From contig NC_057728.1 in the NCBI RefSeq assembly GCF_004010195.1, positions 41,013,821 through 41,077,820 of the forward strand: a stretch of DNA of 64,000 nt, written 5' to 3'. The notes beneath the pieces are model-generated. The model worked only from the letters and a program-made list of their open reading frames with translations. It did not search any database and was not told the origin of the DNA. This DNA is from Chiloscyllium plagiosum (taxonomy: Eukaryota). Position numbers and translations under genes: made by a program. Position 1 is the stretch's first letter, and each line of letters opens with the position of its first letter. Positions 1 through 13,464 of this stretch are shown piece by piece.

Positions 1-262
1 GGGAAAGATATAAAAGAGACCTAAGGGGCAACTTTTTCACGCAGAGTGTGGTATGTGTATGGAATGAGCTGCCAGAGGAAGTGGTGGAGGCTGGTACAAT
101 TGCAACATTTAAGAGACATTTGGATGGGTATATGAATAGGAAGGGTTTGGAGGGATATGGGCCGGGTGCTGGCAGGTGGAACTAGATTGGGTTGGGATAT
201 CTGGTCGGCATGGACAGGTTGGGCCGAAGGGTCTGTTTCCATGCTGTACATCTCTATGACTC
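1..262 (+). mobile_element. CR1/HER1-type LINE 3' end
   Basis: Encodes FFTQ..V..WNELPEEVVEAGTIATFKRHLD, the CR1 ORF2 C-terminus, followed by a 3'UTR ending ctctatgactct; near-identical copies recur in the window. Confidence 0.9.
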
Positions 263-1289
263 TGACTTGTTTTGAATGGTGAAGCAGGCTTGAGAGGCTG
301 TCTGGCTAACTGCTCCAAATTGTTGGGCTAAAGAGAATGGAAGATCGGGAGACCGAAAAGGAGTTGCTGGTGTGGAGATACAAATGTAAAGAGGAAAACG
401 AGGGTTGCAGGTTCAAAAGAAGGAGATGTGTGCAAAGGGGAGGAGATCTTGGGTTTCAATGGGTATAGAAAGGAAGTTCTTGAAGTGCTAACTTCAGCTT
501 CCTGAATTTACAACACACTCCTAACAGACAATCAAAGTGTGCCATCAACTAATTTGATAGAATGAGTGGAGCAGTGCTCACAGTCTGCTCTGGCTATCCT
601 CCTGGCTGGAGGTGACCTTTTCTCACAATAGCCTGTAAGGGCAAGAAGATGACACAGCGTATGAGTAACTACATTATCCCATCCATCTCTATAAATCACT
701 GTGGTTGCCTGTGATCCAAGTACAAATTGAAATGATTTGATACACTGGGGAAAAGTCCTCTTTCATATTTACTTGAACTTTCTTGAACATGGAAAAGGAG
801 GTTTGTTGTACTTTTTGATTAACTTTGTTGAGGCACTTTTTTTTATGAAATCGCAGGCATATTGTGGACTAGACACGTAGTGAATCATAATTAAACAATT
901 GATTTTTATAAACCATGGAATAGAAGCATCATATTAGTATATAGTGACAGATTTTTCTGATATTTGTAAAGTTTTAAATGGTTTCTAATAATAGTTTCTT
1001 ATCATGGACGTTCTTTACTGTCTCTCCTAATTAGTTCATCAGCTAAGATTTAATGCTAATTATTCTTGAACAGATGTATATTTGCAAGGGAAGCCATCAA
1101 AAGTGTAACATAGATTTGATTTGAAGGGATTCAGTTTTTGTGTATCATAACCTAATTGGGCTACCCTGAGGGTTGGTTCAAATATTCCCAGGATTTATCA
1201 AAATTCTGAACTTGGAAAATTCCATATTATTGAAATAGTGTATGAATGTTGGGCTGTTTGTTTCCATTTATGTTTATTGCATTTTATTT

Positions 1290-3000
1290 GGTAAAGATCA
1301 TGAGAAGTAGGTGCAGGATTAGGACATTTAGCCCAATGAGCCTGCTCTGCCATTCAATAGGGTGTTGGCTGATTGTGTCTTTAACTCCACTTTATCTAAT
1401 TCCCTTAGTGATCAAAAATCTATCTAATACAGCCTTGAATGTATTCAATGACGCAGCTCTCTCTCGAAGAGAATTCCAAAGATTAATGACCCTCTGACAA
1501 GAATTTCCTTCTCATGTCCATTTTAAAATGAAGACCCCTTATTTATCGACTGTGTCGCTTACTTCTATATTCCCCCCGTAAGGGGATGTGTGTACCCAGC
1601 TTGTATGTTGTCATGTCTACTCAGAATCTTCATTTACTTCAAGACAATCACCTCACAGGAGGAGAGATTGGCACAATATGCATTAGAGTTTAAAAAATAA
1701 GAACTTCTTCATCCCAAGAATCAGACTAATGAACCTTAGCTGAATTGTTTGAAATGCAAATAAATTCCTCCTTAAGTAAGGAGACCACTACTGTACAGTA
1801 ATACAAGTGCAGTTTCACCAATGCACTGTGCAATGTTAGTAAGACATTATGCCTTTTATAGTCCATCCATCTTAAGACCATAAGACATAGGATCAAAAAT
1901 TGCCCATTGCATCTGCTCCGCCATTCAATCATGGCTGATAAGTTTCTCAACCCCATTTTCCCACTTTCTCCCTGTAATCCTTGATCCACTTGATACTCAA
2001 GAACCCATATCTCAGCTCAATGGCCTGGCCTCCGCAGCCTTCAGTGGCAAAGAATTTCATAGATTCACCACTCTCTGACTGGAGATGTTTCTCCTTATCT
2101 CCATTCTAAAAGGTCTTCCCTTTACTCTAAGACTGTACCCTCGGGTCCTAGTCTCTCCTACCAATGGAAACATCTTCCCAACATCCACTCTGTCCTGGCC
2201 ATTCAGTATTCTGTATGTTTCAATTCGATCCTCCACTCATCCTTCTAAACTCCATCAAGTATAAACCCGGAGTCCTCAAAAGTTCCTCAAATGTTAAACT
2301 TTTCATTCCTGGGACCATTCTCATGAACCTCCTCTGAACACGCTCCAAGGCCAGCACATCCTTCCAGAGATATGGGGCCCAAAACTGCAAACAGTACTCC
2401 AGTTATAATCTGACGAGCGCCTTCTAGAGCCTCAGAAGTGCGTTCTTGCTTTTATATTAAGTCCACTCAAAATAAATGCCATCGTTGCATTTGCCTTCCT
2501 AACTCTTGACTCAACCTCCTCCTCAAATTCGAGTTTTCTAATTTCCCCTACAACAGAGCTCCCCTCCCCCATTTAGTTTAAAGTTTTGAAGGTCAACATT
2601 CCATTTGCCTTTCTAATTACTTGTTGGGCCTGCATGGCTGCATTTTTAAGAGTCATGGATAATAATTCCTAGATCCTTCTTTCTCTCTTTTTAAATTATA
2701 GTCTAATTTTCTATTCTTCCTGTCAATGTCGCTCTTTTTTTGCACATTATACTACATCTCATTTTTTTTCCCATTCATTTAACCTTCAAGGCTATATTTT
2801 AAGCGCCCCATTTAGTGGAAGGCAGGTGGACACACACAATCCACCAAGTACCTTCCCGCATTATAGTTCATTTCCCTATTTTTTTCTCCACTCATTTAAC
2901 CTCTCGATATCTCTCTGCAGCCTCTTGGTATCCTCCTTACAACTCTATTTCCCATCTAAATTTGTATCATAAGCAAACTTGTCTAATATGCAGTTGATCC
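1290..3000 (-). mobile_element. Decayed/nested CR1 LINE fragments, including a younger 3' end at ~1872-2520
   Basis: Reverse-strand CR1 tails (gaccataagacatagg; ccattcaatcatggctgat) and ORF2 C-terminal remnants. Confidence 0.7.
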
Positions 3001-3342
3001 TTTCATTCAAGGTGACATTTCTTTTATCTGTGCCTGCACATTTTAAGTTATCTTGTGGCACATTTTCACGTCATTGCTCTGTATAATAGCTGATGCAGAG
3101 AATCTGCTCTTTGACCTCCATCAATTGCTGGAATGGCAGAATCTCAACATATTTTACTTACAAATTAGAGGGTAGTGTTTTGACACTAGTTAAAGGAGTG
3201 GTGGATCAGCTGAGGAGCGGGTCAAATGTATCAAGATAGCATGTTGAATTATTAGTGGAGTCATGTGGATTGTGCTTCAACACACATTGATAATGAAGTG
3301 GTCCTCTGTGGTATTCATGGTCTGATGCCAACCATTGTTTTT

Positions 3343-3697
3343 ATTCATTCACAGGATGAGGGCGTTACTGGCTAGGCCAGCATTTATTGTCCACCCCTAA
3401 TTACCCAGACGGCAGTTAAGAGTCAACCACATTGCTTTGGGTCTGGAGTCACATGTAAGCCATGGCTGATTTTCCTTTCCTGAAGGACACTAATGGACCA
3501 GATGAGTTTTCCTGACAATTGACAAAAATTTCATCGTCATCATTACACTCTTAATTCCAGATTTTTAATTGAATCCAAATTCCACCATTCACCATGGAGG
3601 GATTTGAACCTGGGTCCTCAGATTATCACTGGGTGGGCGGGGGGGGGGGTCACTGGATTAATAGTCTAGCAATAATGCCATGAGGCCAATGCCACCC
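3343..3697 (-). mobile_element. tRNA-derived SINE (second family, not HE1)
   Basis: Minus strand has a B-box-like ggttcaaatccc and an aataaatgctggcc...gaatgaataaaaa tail; related copies at ~30480-30690, 49185-49380, 56720-57270 and 57360-57910. Confidence 0.7.
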
Positions 3698-3938
3698 ATA
3701 AGTTATTAGCGATCTTACATAGAAAATCAGTACTTATGTCAAGTACAAAGGTGCAGCCTTTCTGGTAGCTACTTCCGTTGTTCATTGTTGTCGTAAGGAA
3801 GTGAGAAAAGAAAATTCAGATGGGTAGGCAGGGGTGTGGATAAGCTAATGGATGATTTCTTCCTTTCCCTTTTATGACCTATTCAGGACTGAGTTGTTTA
3901 AGTTGTCAGATGTCAACTGTTTGCCTTCCCCTTTGTAG

Positions 3939-4270
3939 GAGAAAGTGAGGACTGCAGATGCTGGAGATCAAAGTAAAAAAATGTGGTGCTGGGAAAGCAC
4001 AGCGGGTCAAGCAGCATGGGAGGAGCAGGAGAATCGATGTGCTTAGCATAAGCTCTTCATCAGGAATATAGAGGGACGGCTAAGGGGGATGATAGATAAA
4101 TGGGAGGAAGTTGGGGCTAAGCAGATGCAGGTGGCGAGCGGTGGTGTTAGGGTGGAGCAGAGCGTGGGAAGGAAGATGGACAGGTAGGACAGTTCAAGAG
4201 GGAGGTGCCGAGTTGGAGGGTTGGATCTGGAATAACGGGGGAGGAGGGGAGATGAGGATACTGGTGAAAT
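3939..4270 (-). mobile_element. Penelope-like element 3' end, family A, 5'-truncated
   Basis: Colinear with 53186-53555; 8-bp TSD ctttgtag at 3931-3938 and 4271-4278; degenerate hammerhead CTGATGAagagc. Confidence 0.85.
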
Positions 4271-5302
4271 CTTTGTAGCAGAGAACTTGGCAAAACACAA
4301 TAGTTATACTTGTGATAATCTTTTAACATTTTGAAATGGTGGAGCTACGGGAAATTTAACTGTTTAATGTTTAGCCTCTCACCAGTGCTGTGTTCAAGTG
4401 ATGTACAAAATTTTGAGGAGAGCATGTTGAATCCAGCAAAGGAAGGACGCAGCAAGATTGATCAGTGTGATCTTAATGCCGAATCTCATTGGCAAAGTGG
4501 TCTGTAGAATAAATTATTTATAGCCCAGCCCCACTATGGCATGATGAGCTGGGCACATCAGGAATAGATATAAACAGGTTTAAAACTATTGTGCAGGTGC
4601 TTTTTAATGCATTTGAGTAAATGAAAGGAATAATTTAATTGTCTAAATTAAAAAGTCTGTACTTTAGTGATTCGAAGCAGTAGAGTGGGTTTGATTTATT
4701 TCTTCCTGCAGAGAGGTTGGAGTTGTTACACAAAGCCGCTGGCCTTGCATACCTCTGGAAATGAATTATTTCGCAACCATAGCATTGACTGCCATATTAA
4801 ATGTTCCTCTTCTAGTTTAAGTAATTGAGCTTCAATTTTAGAGCATTGGTTTGGCATTGTGCTATGCTATAAATCAATGGGTTGTAGCCTAATATAGTAA
4901 TTAACAGCACAGTAGTGTAGAGTTTTTAATCTGTTACAAGGGCTTTTTTCAGTTTAATTTGTCAGAAATCGACATCACCAGCATTAAACCATTGTGGAAT
5001 TTTAAACATTTGAATTGGTTGAGCACCCAAACAAGGCCAGATGCCAGTTTTGAAGTGTTGGCATTGAGGATAGCAACGAATATATTATTCAGGCCAACAA
5101 AAGATTTCCATCATTGGGAGATTACACGAACGTGAGATTTATTCTTTTTACTGACACTGCTCCTGCAAATCTGTGAGGTGAAGTGAATGAGGATTTGGAT
5201 TTTTTTCTTGTGGGAAATGTTTGGGAAACTAAAATAATTAGAAGAGTAGTAAAATAAACTTTAATGGTGGACACTCAGTCTTGGTGAGATGGTAAATATG
5301 GC

Positions 5303-5487
5303 TAAAGTTAAAAATCGCACAACACCAGATTATAGTCCAACAGGTTTATTTGGAAGCACTAGCTTTCGGAGCACTGCTTCTTACAACCATCTGATCAACC
5401 TTCCAAATAAACATGTTGGACTATAACTTGGTGTTGTGTGATTTTTAACTTTGTACACCCCACTCCAACGCTGGCATCTCCAAATCA
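5303..5487. mobile_element. Foldback PLE-end mini-element, family B (centre deleted)
   Basis: Inverted arms aaagttaaaaatcgcacaacacc.../...ggtgttgtgtgatttttaacttt; TSD gtaaatatggc at 5292-5302 and 5488-5498. Confidence 0.85.
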
Positions 5488-6857
5488 GTAAATATGGCAT
5501 TTTTTGTAGCAAACATGTGAAAAGAAATTCTTAAAAGGGATTTGGCAGCAATACCCATTGAATCCGTAAAGAATAATGTACAGTCAACAAAATGTGCATG
5601 TGAAGTTAAAGACTGAGATTGATATTACGGTTTTAAAACAGATGGAGAAATCTTCAAATTGAAATGAATAGATAGTAGCAGTCAGCTTTGATTATTGTTT
5701 AAAGAAAGCAGTAAAGTTGTCAGGTTTGAAACAAGCGTCATTGCTTGGGTAGTAAGTGCTTTTCCAGGTATGGGGCATAGAGTCTGGCATGCATTGACTC
5801 TGGGCTCCCTAATGGAGAATTCCCCTGCTAGCATTCCTCACTTTGAACACAAAGGAATTCCACAGATTAAGGCATATTGGTTGTAGTGTGGATTTTCATA
5901 AACTTTATTGACACTGTTATGATACAATGAATTGCTTCGTGGGAATTTCTAGTGGACTGATTCTGTTCAAACACTTCTGTTAATACATGTGCAAATAGAT
6001 ATGTAATCCATTAAAATGTTTCCCAGCTCTCTTGCACTTAGTGAATTCAACAGGAACCATGTGAATATTGCAGTTTACTCAAATGTACAGTTTCCCATCA
6101 GCAACAGATTGAAACTCACCAAGATTCAAAGCCATTCCAAAGTTACCAGGAGCTGTGCCAAATTAATCTCTTTTTACCGCTGTAATTCAAATTGATTTCA
6201 AATTTTGATCCAGATTAGATTGACGTATTCTGGCTCAGTGGCATTGCTATCCATTTCCTGGGTTGGTAGGCTAAAGAAAACTCAGCGTGTGATTTTCTTT
6301 AAAGTACAATAATCATGCCATTTTCAATGACAGTGCAACAAAATAGAAACTTGTAATTAGCCATTTATAAGAAGTGATTTGTATTATGCAGTGAGTGTGA
6401 TTGTTAAGATATAACATTATCGCACAGGGAGGGGAAAGAACAAATGAAGGGCAAAACAGGCAAATCTGTATAATGAGGTTTTAAGTTAAATTGTGTCTTT
6501 TGTGCCTTTATCTTCAGTTTCTATTAATCTTGAAGTGAGTCTAAGCTCTAGGATGGCCATATGTTTAATATTCTGTTGAAGCACAAAATTGGTTCTCAAT
6601 ACAAGATTAGTTTACTCCCACAAATAAATTTCAAATCTTGTTTCTTTGCCATTCTCCACTCTGAGTATATCTTTCAGTCCTGAATAAATATTTTTTGACC
6701 ACAAGATTTGTAGCTATGGCAGTCTTAAGTGATTTTCTTGAACTGCGTGAAATTTTGGTTTATTTTAGCAGAATACCAATGAATTGGAGATCACTTAGCT
6801 CTCGGTTAGTTGGAAAGTAATGTCTTGCTTTTAATGATCATTTCATTATAACATGTA

Positions 6858-7300
6858 CAGAGGAGCCTCGATTATCCGAACAAGATGGGCGGGCACTATT
6901 TCGTTCGGATAATTGATTATTTGGTTAATCAATTCAATGCCTCTCCTCTGGGACTCAGAGTTTTCTGTTAAGTCTGTTTCCCGTTCAGGAGGGGAGACTG
7001 CAGCACACTGCGCGAGCACCCAACCCCATCCAACACCCCCAGCCTGGCCCCCTCAACACCATCCAATCTCTACCCACTGTCTGACCCCCGTCCGCGCCCC
7101 TGTCCCTGGCCGTCCCACCCCTTGAGTCCCTCCCCCTTGTGCCCCTGCCTCCATCAACCACGGGCAACAGGAGTGGACACCAACAGTAAAACTGCTGCTG
7201 CCTTTGTTGGGTAAATCTCCAAATAGCGCGCATATGCACACAGACACATACACGCACAGACACAACCTTTTACTGCAACTTTTTGACAAGTTCCACCTCT
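6858..7300 (+). mobile_element. Tigger/pogo-like non-autonomous DNA transposon fragment (one TIR visible)
   Basis: TA followed by CAGAGGAGCCTCGATTATCCGAA, a Tc1/mariner-pogo style terminus; abrupt GC/CpG-rich interior; right end not identified. Confidence 0.5.
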
Positions 7301-7957
7301 GCCCTGTTAGTTCTTGAAAAGAAAATTTTTTTTTTTAAAAATCTGCTGCAGAACATCTTACTGTGAAGCAAAACTTTTCATGCGTAATAAATAATGTGTG
7401 ACAGATGTACTGCAAAACCAGAGGACTGGAAGTTTACTGATACGAATGAGAACCAATCAAAAAGGAAATCAAGGATAAAGGCATCCTAATAGTAATGTTG
7501 AGCAAACTTTTAGAGGCTATAGAACAAGATAAAATTAACACTTCCCAAGAAGGGAGTTGATTAATTAAATGCAACCAACATAGATCAATGAAAGTCAAGT
7601 CATACTGAAGAAGTTTAGTTGAACCATTTGAGATAAGAAGAGTGTATTGATTAAAGAAACACAGACTCTTGCATATATAGATTTTCTATAGTTGGTTAAG
7701 GCAGGTGTCAATAAAAGCAACTTTGTACATAATGCAGGAAAATGGTTAACATTTTACAGAATGGAGGAGTGGAAACTGGTGGTCATTGAGTCACTAGGAC
7801 CACTAATGGTCTTAACTTGTGTATTGGTCATGTGTGTGTGTGAATAAAGGATGGACACTGTAGGGCAGATTAATGGATTGGGCAAGTAGATATCAGATGA
7901 AATTTCACAAAGGAATAATAAGAGATGTATTAAGAGAAATGTGTGGTGGTGCAGTTT

Positions 7958-8260
7958 GGCAGCACGGTGGCACAGTGGTTAGCACTGCTGCCTCACAGTG
8001 CCAGAGACCCGGGTTCAATTCCCGCCTCGGGCAACTGTCTGTGTGGAGTTTGCACAATCTCCCCGTGTCTGCGTGGGTTTCCTCCAGGTGCTCAGGTTTC
8101 CTCCCACAGTCCAAAGATGTGCAGGTTAGGTGAATTGCTCGTAGTGTTAGGTGAAGGGGTAAATGTAGGGGAATGGGTCTGGGTGGGTTGCTGTTCGGAG
8201 GGTCAGTGTGGACTTGTTGGGCCGAAGGGCTGTTTCCACACTATAAGTAATCTAATCTAA
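7958..8260 (+). mobile_element. HE1-type V-SINE
   Basis: tRNA head (A-box tggcacagtgg, B-box ggttcaattcc), V-domain tgtgtggagtttgcac...gggtttcctcc, (tctaa)n tail. Confidence 0.93.
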
Positions 8261-9685
8261 TAAGAAGCTACGACTTGAAAAGGATTGAAGAAGCAGAGTT
8301 CAGATGCACAAATTGTTAAATACTGGAAGAACAAATTTGTATAGCCGTTTCTTTTAATGTTGAGTAAACTTTTAGATGTGAATGACTTCAGAGGCTTTAC
8401 AAAGCCGGTCACAAAGTAAAAAGGACAAAGAGATGATATTAAACGAATGCAAGTTATTTAAGAGGCAGCAGTGTTGTATACCATAACTTAGAATGTGAAA
8501 AGAATAGAGACAATGAGGAGCAGACTTATTAGGATGACACCAGTGAATGAGAGGCTTTAATTCCTGTGTCGCAATTGGACTTCCTCTGACATGGAGCTAT
8601 AAATTTAGACATCTTGTTAATTTGCAAATGTCTCTCAACAAATAATCTATTGTTGGATGCTTACAAAAGGGAAATATTCCCCCATTTTAAATGTTAAGAA
8701 GAGGTCTGACAGCTATTCAAATTGAGAAAGCAATTTTGTAAAATAAATTGTAGGAAACTAATTCTGCTATTTGGTGAATCAGTAACAGGAGAACAGAAGT
8801 TTCACATTATCGTTAAAACATATGAAGAAATGGAGAAATTTCTTCTCACCCTTGGTTGTTGTAATGTAGATTTGCCTGCTAGAAATGGAGATTAAAAATA
8901 AAATTTATAACAGCTTTTAGTATAAACAGACAAATATTAGAAAAAAATGAGGATGATATAGTGAATTGACAGGGAAATTAGGGGAAATGAAAACTTATTT
9001 ATAGTGCGGTTAATAGGTTATTTCTGAGACATAATATAACTTTTTTACAGTTGTAGATGCATCAAGAAGTTGCAACTTATCGCTTCATGTTGCTTGTTCT
9101 GCCTCTTGGTCATTACTGAGCTTTGCTTTTGACATTTCCTACTTGATCCTCATTTCCTCTTATCCATCCCTTTGTATCCCTCTCCTTGCCAGTTGATTCA
9201 TTTGAGCTACTTCCATAATTCCCATCTCTGTTATCTATTTAACAGTTGCCTTGTATTTTCTGCCACTTATAGTCTTGTCTTTAATTTGCCTTTGTACTTG
9301 AATGTTATAATTATATCCCTACAGTTCTCCTGCAACCTGGGATGTCTCATCGTCATCCCATTTCTTCTATCTTCTTTCTAATTTTCGATGCTAATTTCTG
9401 TTTCTCTGATTCACTCCTTAGGCTTTTGTCAAGAACAATTCTCTTTGCACTCCTTCATAACCCAAACATTGTCCCACTGCCTTTCGATTTTCACATTTTA
9501 CTGCATTGATCTTCTAATTGACACCTTGTCTATCATGTTTCCAATCTCATCCCCTGCCCTTTTCCCATTAAAATTTGCACTTTCTATATATGACCTTGTT
9601 ACCATCACATTTTACCTTTTGTCCATCTTTGTCTGTATTAGACCAACTCTATCATTTTTTCTGTCACTCCCTCCTTATTCTAAAT

Positions 9686-9999
9686 GATTAGATTAGATTC
9701 TCTACGGTGTGGAAACAGGGCCTTCGGCCCAACACGTCCACACTGACCGTCTGAAGAGCAACCCACCCAGACTCATTTCCCTCTGACTGATGCACCTAAC
9801 ACTATGGACAATTTAGCATGGCCAATTCACCTGACCTGCACATCTTTGGACTGTGGAAGGAAACCAGAGCACCCGGAGGAAACCCATGCAGACACTGGGA
9901 GAATGTGCAAACCCCACACAGACAGTCGCCCAAGGCTGGAATCGAACCAGGGACTCTGGTGCTGTGAGACAGCAGTGCTAACCACTGAGCCACCGTGCC
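9686..9999 (-). mobile_element. HE1-type V-SINE
   Basis: Reverse-complement homologue of 7958-8260. Confidence 0.93.
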
Positions 10000-10560
10000 A
10001 CATATGTTTACCTGTTACAGCTATTTTTATTTAATATTAGACGAACGACTTGTGTTTCGAATGACTGCGAAAAAGAAATACATTTCAAATTTTCAGGAAC
10101 CACTTGGAGTGGTTTCTTTAAAACAGGTCATTGAAAGTTCATTATGGACATTGGAGTTTTTATTCAATAAGGTTTCCTGTAAATCATATGCCAGATAACA
10201 ACTGAAAAAAAACCAAAGGACTGCAAATGCTGGAAATTTCTCCAGCAGTTTCTGTTTTTTTGTTCCTGGTAATAACTGCTTGCTTGCTTGTGGACTCCTG
10301 CTGACTGTTTTGAATAGTGGCTATCTTTGAGCGTCTTTCATTTTGCTTAGATGAAGGAAAGCCTGCTAAGATCAAACTGTCCAGCTGATCTCTCTCATTC
10401 TGAAAATAAAGTCCTCTTGAGTTCAGAGTAAAACCTGAACTCGTTGGAAAAAGTGATTGAAGAAAGTTGTCAAGATTAAATTTCCTGTGTTTGCAAGATT
10501 TCAGAGACAACCATGCTGATTAAGGGTGTGAGAACATACATGATAGAATATCAGAGCAAT

Positions 10561-10692
10561 AGAAACCAAAAGAGCTGTGCATGCTGGAAATCAAAAAGAA
10601 AAACAGAAATTGCTGGAAAAGCTCAGCAGGTCTGACAGCTTCTGTGGAGAGAAATCAGAGTTAACATTTTGGGTCCGGTGACCCTTCCTCAT
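10561..10692 (-). mobile_element. PLE-like 3' end, family D, truncated at the hammerhead
   Basis: Minus strand reads aTGAGGA-A-GGGTC-accg-GACCC-aAAA-tg-TT-aac (decayed hammerhead); homologous to 35966-36052 and 57511-57838. Confidence 0.7.
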
Positions 10693-11141
10693 TCTGAGCC
10701 TACATTTTATCCTTTTCTCAACAAGAATAAAACATTCACCAAAAGTTCTTTTCTCAGTGAATTTCTGCAACAAGTTATTTTGTTCTTTTTTTTTAACATG
10801 AAGAGGGTATGTGTGATTGATGTATTTTGGAGATATTTAGAGGAATAAGCATTTATGCTTTTATGAATCTAACTCTGTATGTTAGTCAAGTATTGCAGCA
10901 TCATTGAATGGGTTTATTTTGATTTAAAAAACAATTATTGTGTTATGAAGTACACTGGTTGACACATCTTGTTTAAAACTTGATGCAGAGAAGCTATTTA
11001 ATTGGCGTTCTTGAAAAAAGTATTTTTATTTTTTTGACTCATGGAATAATGGAACGAGCCCAGCAAAGCACACTTACAACTTTAGTCATATTGCGTCCTG
11101 ACATCTTATTGAACTTGATGTACTTGGCACTGTCTTATTAA

Positions 11142-11359
11142 CGAGGTAAAAACAATGACTGCAGATGCTGGAAACCAGATTCTGGATCAGTGGTGCTGGA
11201 AGAGCACAGCAATTCAGGCAGCATCCGAGGACAGGCAAAATCGACGTTTCGGGCAAAAGCCCTTCTTCCTGATGAAGGGCTTTTGCCCGAAACGTCGATT
11301 TTGCCTGTCCTCGGATGCTGCCTGAATTGCTGTGCTCTTCCAGCACCACTGATCCAGAA
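11142..11359. mobile_element. Foldback PLE-end mini-element, family A
   Basis: Near-perfect ~85-bp inverted arms; perfect 13-bp TSD actgtcttattaa at 11129-11141 and 11360-11372; arms match the end of the RT-bearing PLE at 53186. Confidence 0.92.
11266..11300 (+). ncRNA. Minimal type I hammerhead ribozyme motif
   Basis: CUGAUGA-A-GGGC-UUUU-GCCC-GAAA-CG-UC; predicted cleavage after C11296; stem I weak. Confidence 0.7.
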
Positions 11360-13464
11360 ACTGTCTTATTAATCCCAGCCACCATCTTCACCAAAATCAT
11401 TTTGCAGGTTTCAAGCCCTCTACCCTTCTCTCCAACCTGCCTTGTCAACCATTCCAATTTCCCATCTCTGAAGCTCTTTACTTGCAAACATGTGATGGGT
11501 TTCCACAGTTATTTAGAATTCATGATAATTAAAGCACTATAAACATTATCAAAGCTGAGGTGTTGTTTTCCGAGTGTGGGAATCAGTGAGGAGGACAATG
11601 TAAGCCAAAGATGCATGATACAGAGATGAGGAAGAGAAATAGGAGCAGGATCCTATTAATTTTACTGGCCTGTTATTGGTCTCCACCACTGTTATATAAA
11701 ACTGATTAAGATGAGATTGTGAGGGTTTCATTTCATCTCATTGAAGAGAGATGGCTGCATGGAGATTCAAGGTCAGATGGCTATTGGTGTAGGAAGTGGA
11801 GGCGTGTTGCACAGCAGAAAAGACCATCTATAATTATACTGATAGTGGCTTGTGGCATGTAAATTTTCTATGTATCCCCCACTTTTTCCCCAGCCTGAGC
11901 GTGTTTGTCAGTTATTAATCATTCTTCCACATAAGAATAAATTTGAAATGTGCTGTATTTGCTGGAGACTGTTTCGCCCAGTGTCGTTTTCAATAATTAA
12001 CTAAAATTATTACTGAATAATCTGGGAAACACCCAGAAGAAAATGATGAAAATGTGACTTGGTTAATCAAATAGAAGATAAACATTTTCAGAATCAAAGC
12101 ATGTCTGTCTTTGGCCTGCTAAATTACGCAGTTTGTTATCACTCTAAATTTCCTTCATTAAGAAACCTGATCTGTGTCTCTAATCTTTTAAAAGATCAAC
12201 ACATGTCTGATCAGAAAGCAATTGTGCTGGAGGCTTCAGAACCACTTTCTGTGCCCCCTTGTTGTGTAGGTTTCCTAATCCAAGCAGAAATGTTATGAAT
12301 TGGTTGCTATAGTAACATCTGTTTATACTCTGAGGGGGGTTGCAGTGTGAAATTAAATTCCAAGAATTTTAAAGAATACTTGTTGTGGTTGAGTCTAGCA
12401 CTGCTAATAATAATGTTGACATACATTTACAAATTCTATGGAGCCTTTGGAGGTATTGCGTAATCTTTTTTAACGTTGCTGCTTGCAGTTCTGCTTTACT
12501 TCTTGTTTCTGGCTCGGAAGTCTGTCATTAAATAAAATTGCCATTTTCAAAAGCATAACCCACATAGAAAGTATCATCTTCCCAACAGAAAAATACCACA
12601 CAAGACTGTTGAAGTGTCACAAAAGTAACTGGTACAAAAGAAATCACTGATGACAATGTTGTTTCAGTAAATGTGACTTAAGAAGAAGATTAAAAGATCT
12701 AGAAAATTAACTAGTTCATGGCATCCTGATCTCCTCACTAATTTCAATTTGCATCTTTATCCGTAATGTTTTCCAGAAATTTATCTGCTAGCCTTGTGCG
12801 TATCTATATTGTATAGTGTCCTCCCTGTACCAGTGTAGTCAATTTAATTGTAACATGTTTGAGGAATCTGAGTACTTCTGCTTGTTTTCTGTAATAAGTA
12901 ACAGCTCCCAGAGCAAATAAAAAAAGTATTTTCTTTTTCTATACTCCAATCCATCTTCTTGTATAGGCAATAAGAGCCACTCCACCAGAAAATCAGCTAC
13001 CTTATTTATCAGGGAACAACAGTTAAAGTGGAAGAAGCATTGTTCCAGGGGTGTGCAATACCATCTCTGAAAAGGGTTGATTAGAAATCATCTACCTTAA
13101 GAAGCACTTGTAGTACAGGTCAAAATATTTCTTTCTAGACTGTCACGTTGTGCTGTTTCTGGAGATGCCACTTTATATTATCCACCTTGTAGCTCTATCT
13201 TGCAATGTACAGGATCACCTTGTTCCTCCTTTCCTTGCTCCTCAGTTTCATTATTTTTCATTGCTGCCAGTCATAGCCAAAATTGCACTTGATATAAGGT
13301 CAGTGAGTCCAAACCAAATATGAGGACTCCTGGGTATAATCTTGAATGACACTTCCTACACAGCACCTAGAACGCCTACCCTGCGTGGCAGTGAGAGCCC
13401 TGAAAGATTGTGTATTGTTAACCATTTCTATGTTGCATATATTATCTCTCCCGATCTCTCTCTG

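Noticed and set aside
7958..8030. tRNA gene
   Set aside because: A/B boxes belong to a SINE head continuing into the V-domain
9060..9685. Hydrophobic ORFs in a pyrimidine-rich tract
   Set aside because: Composition-driven; probably decayed minus-strand LINE sequence; no splice or motif support
11142..11359. Palindromes as DNA-transposon MITEs, miRNA precursors or terminators
   Set aside because: Arms are asymmetric by ~38 nt, TSDs are variable (11-15 bp), and family A arms match a PLE retroelement end
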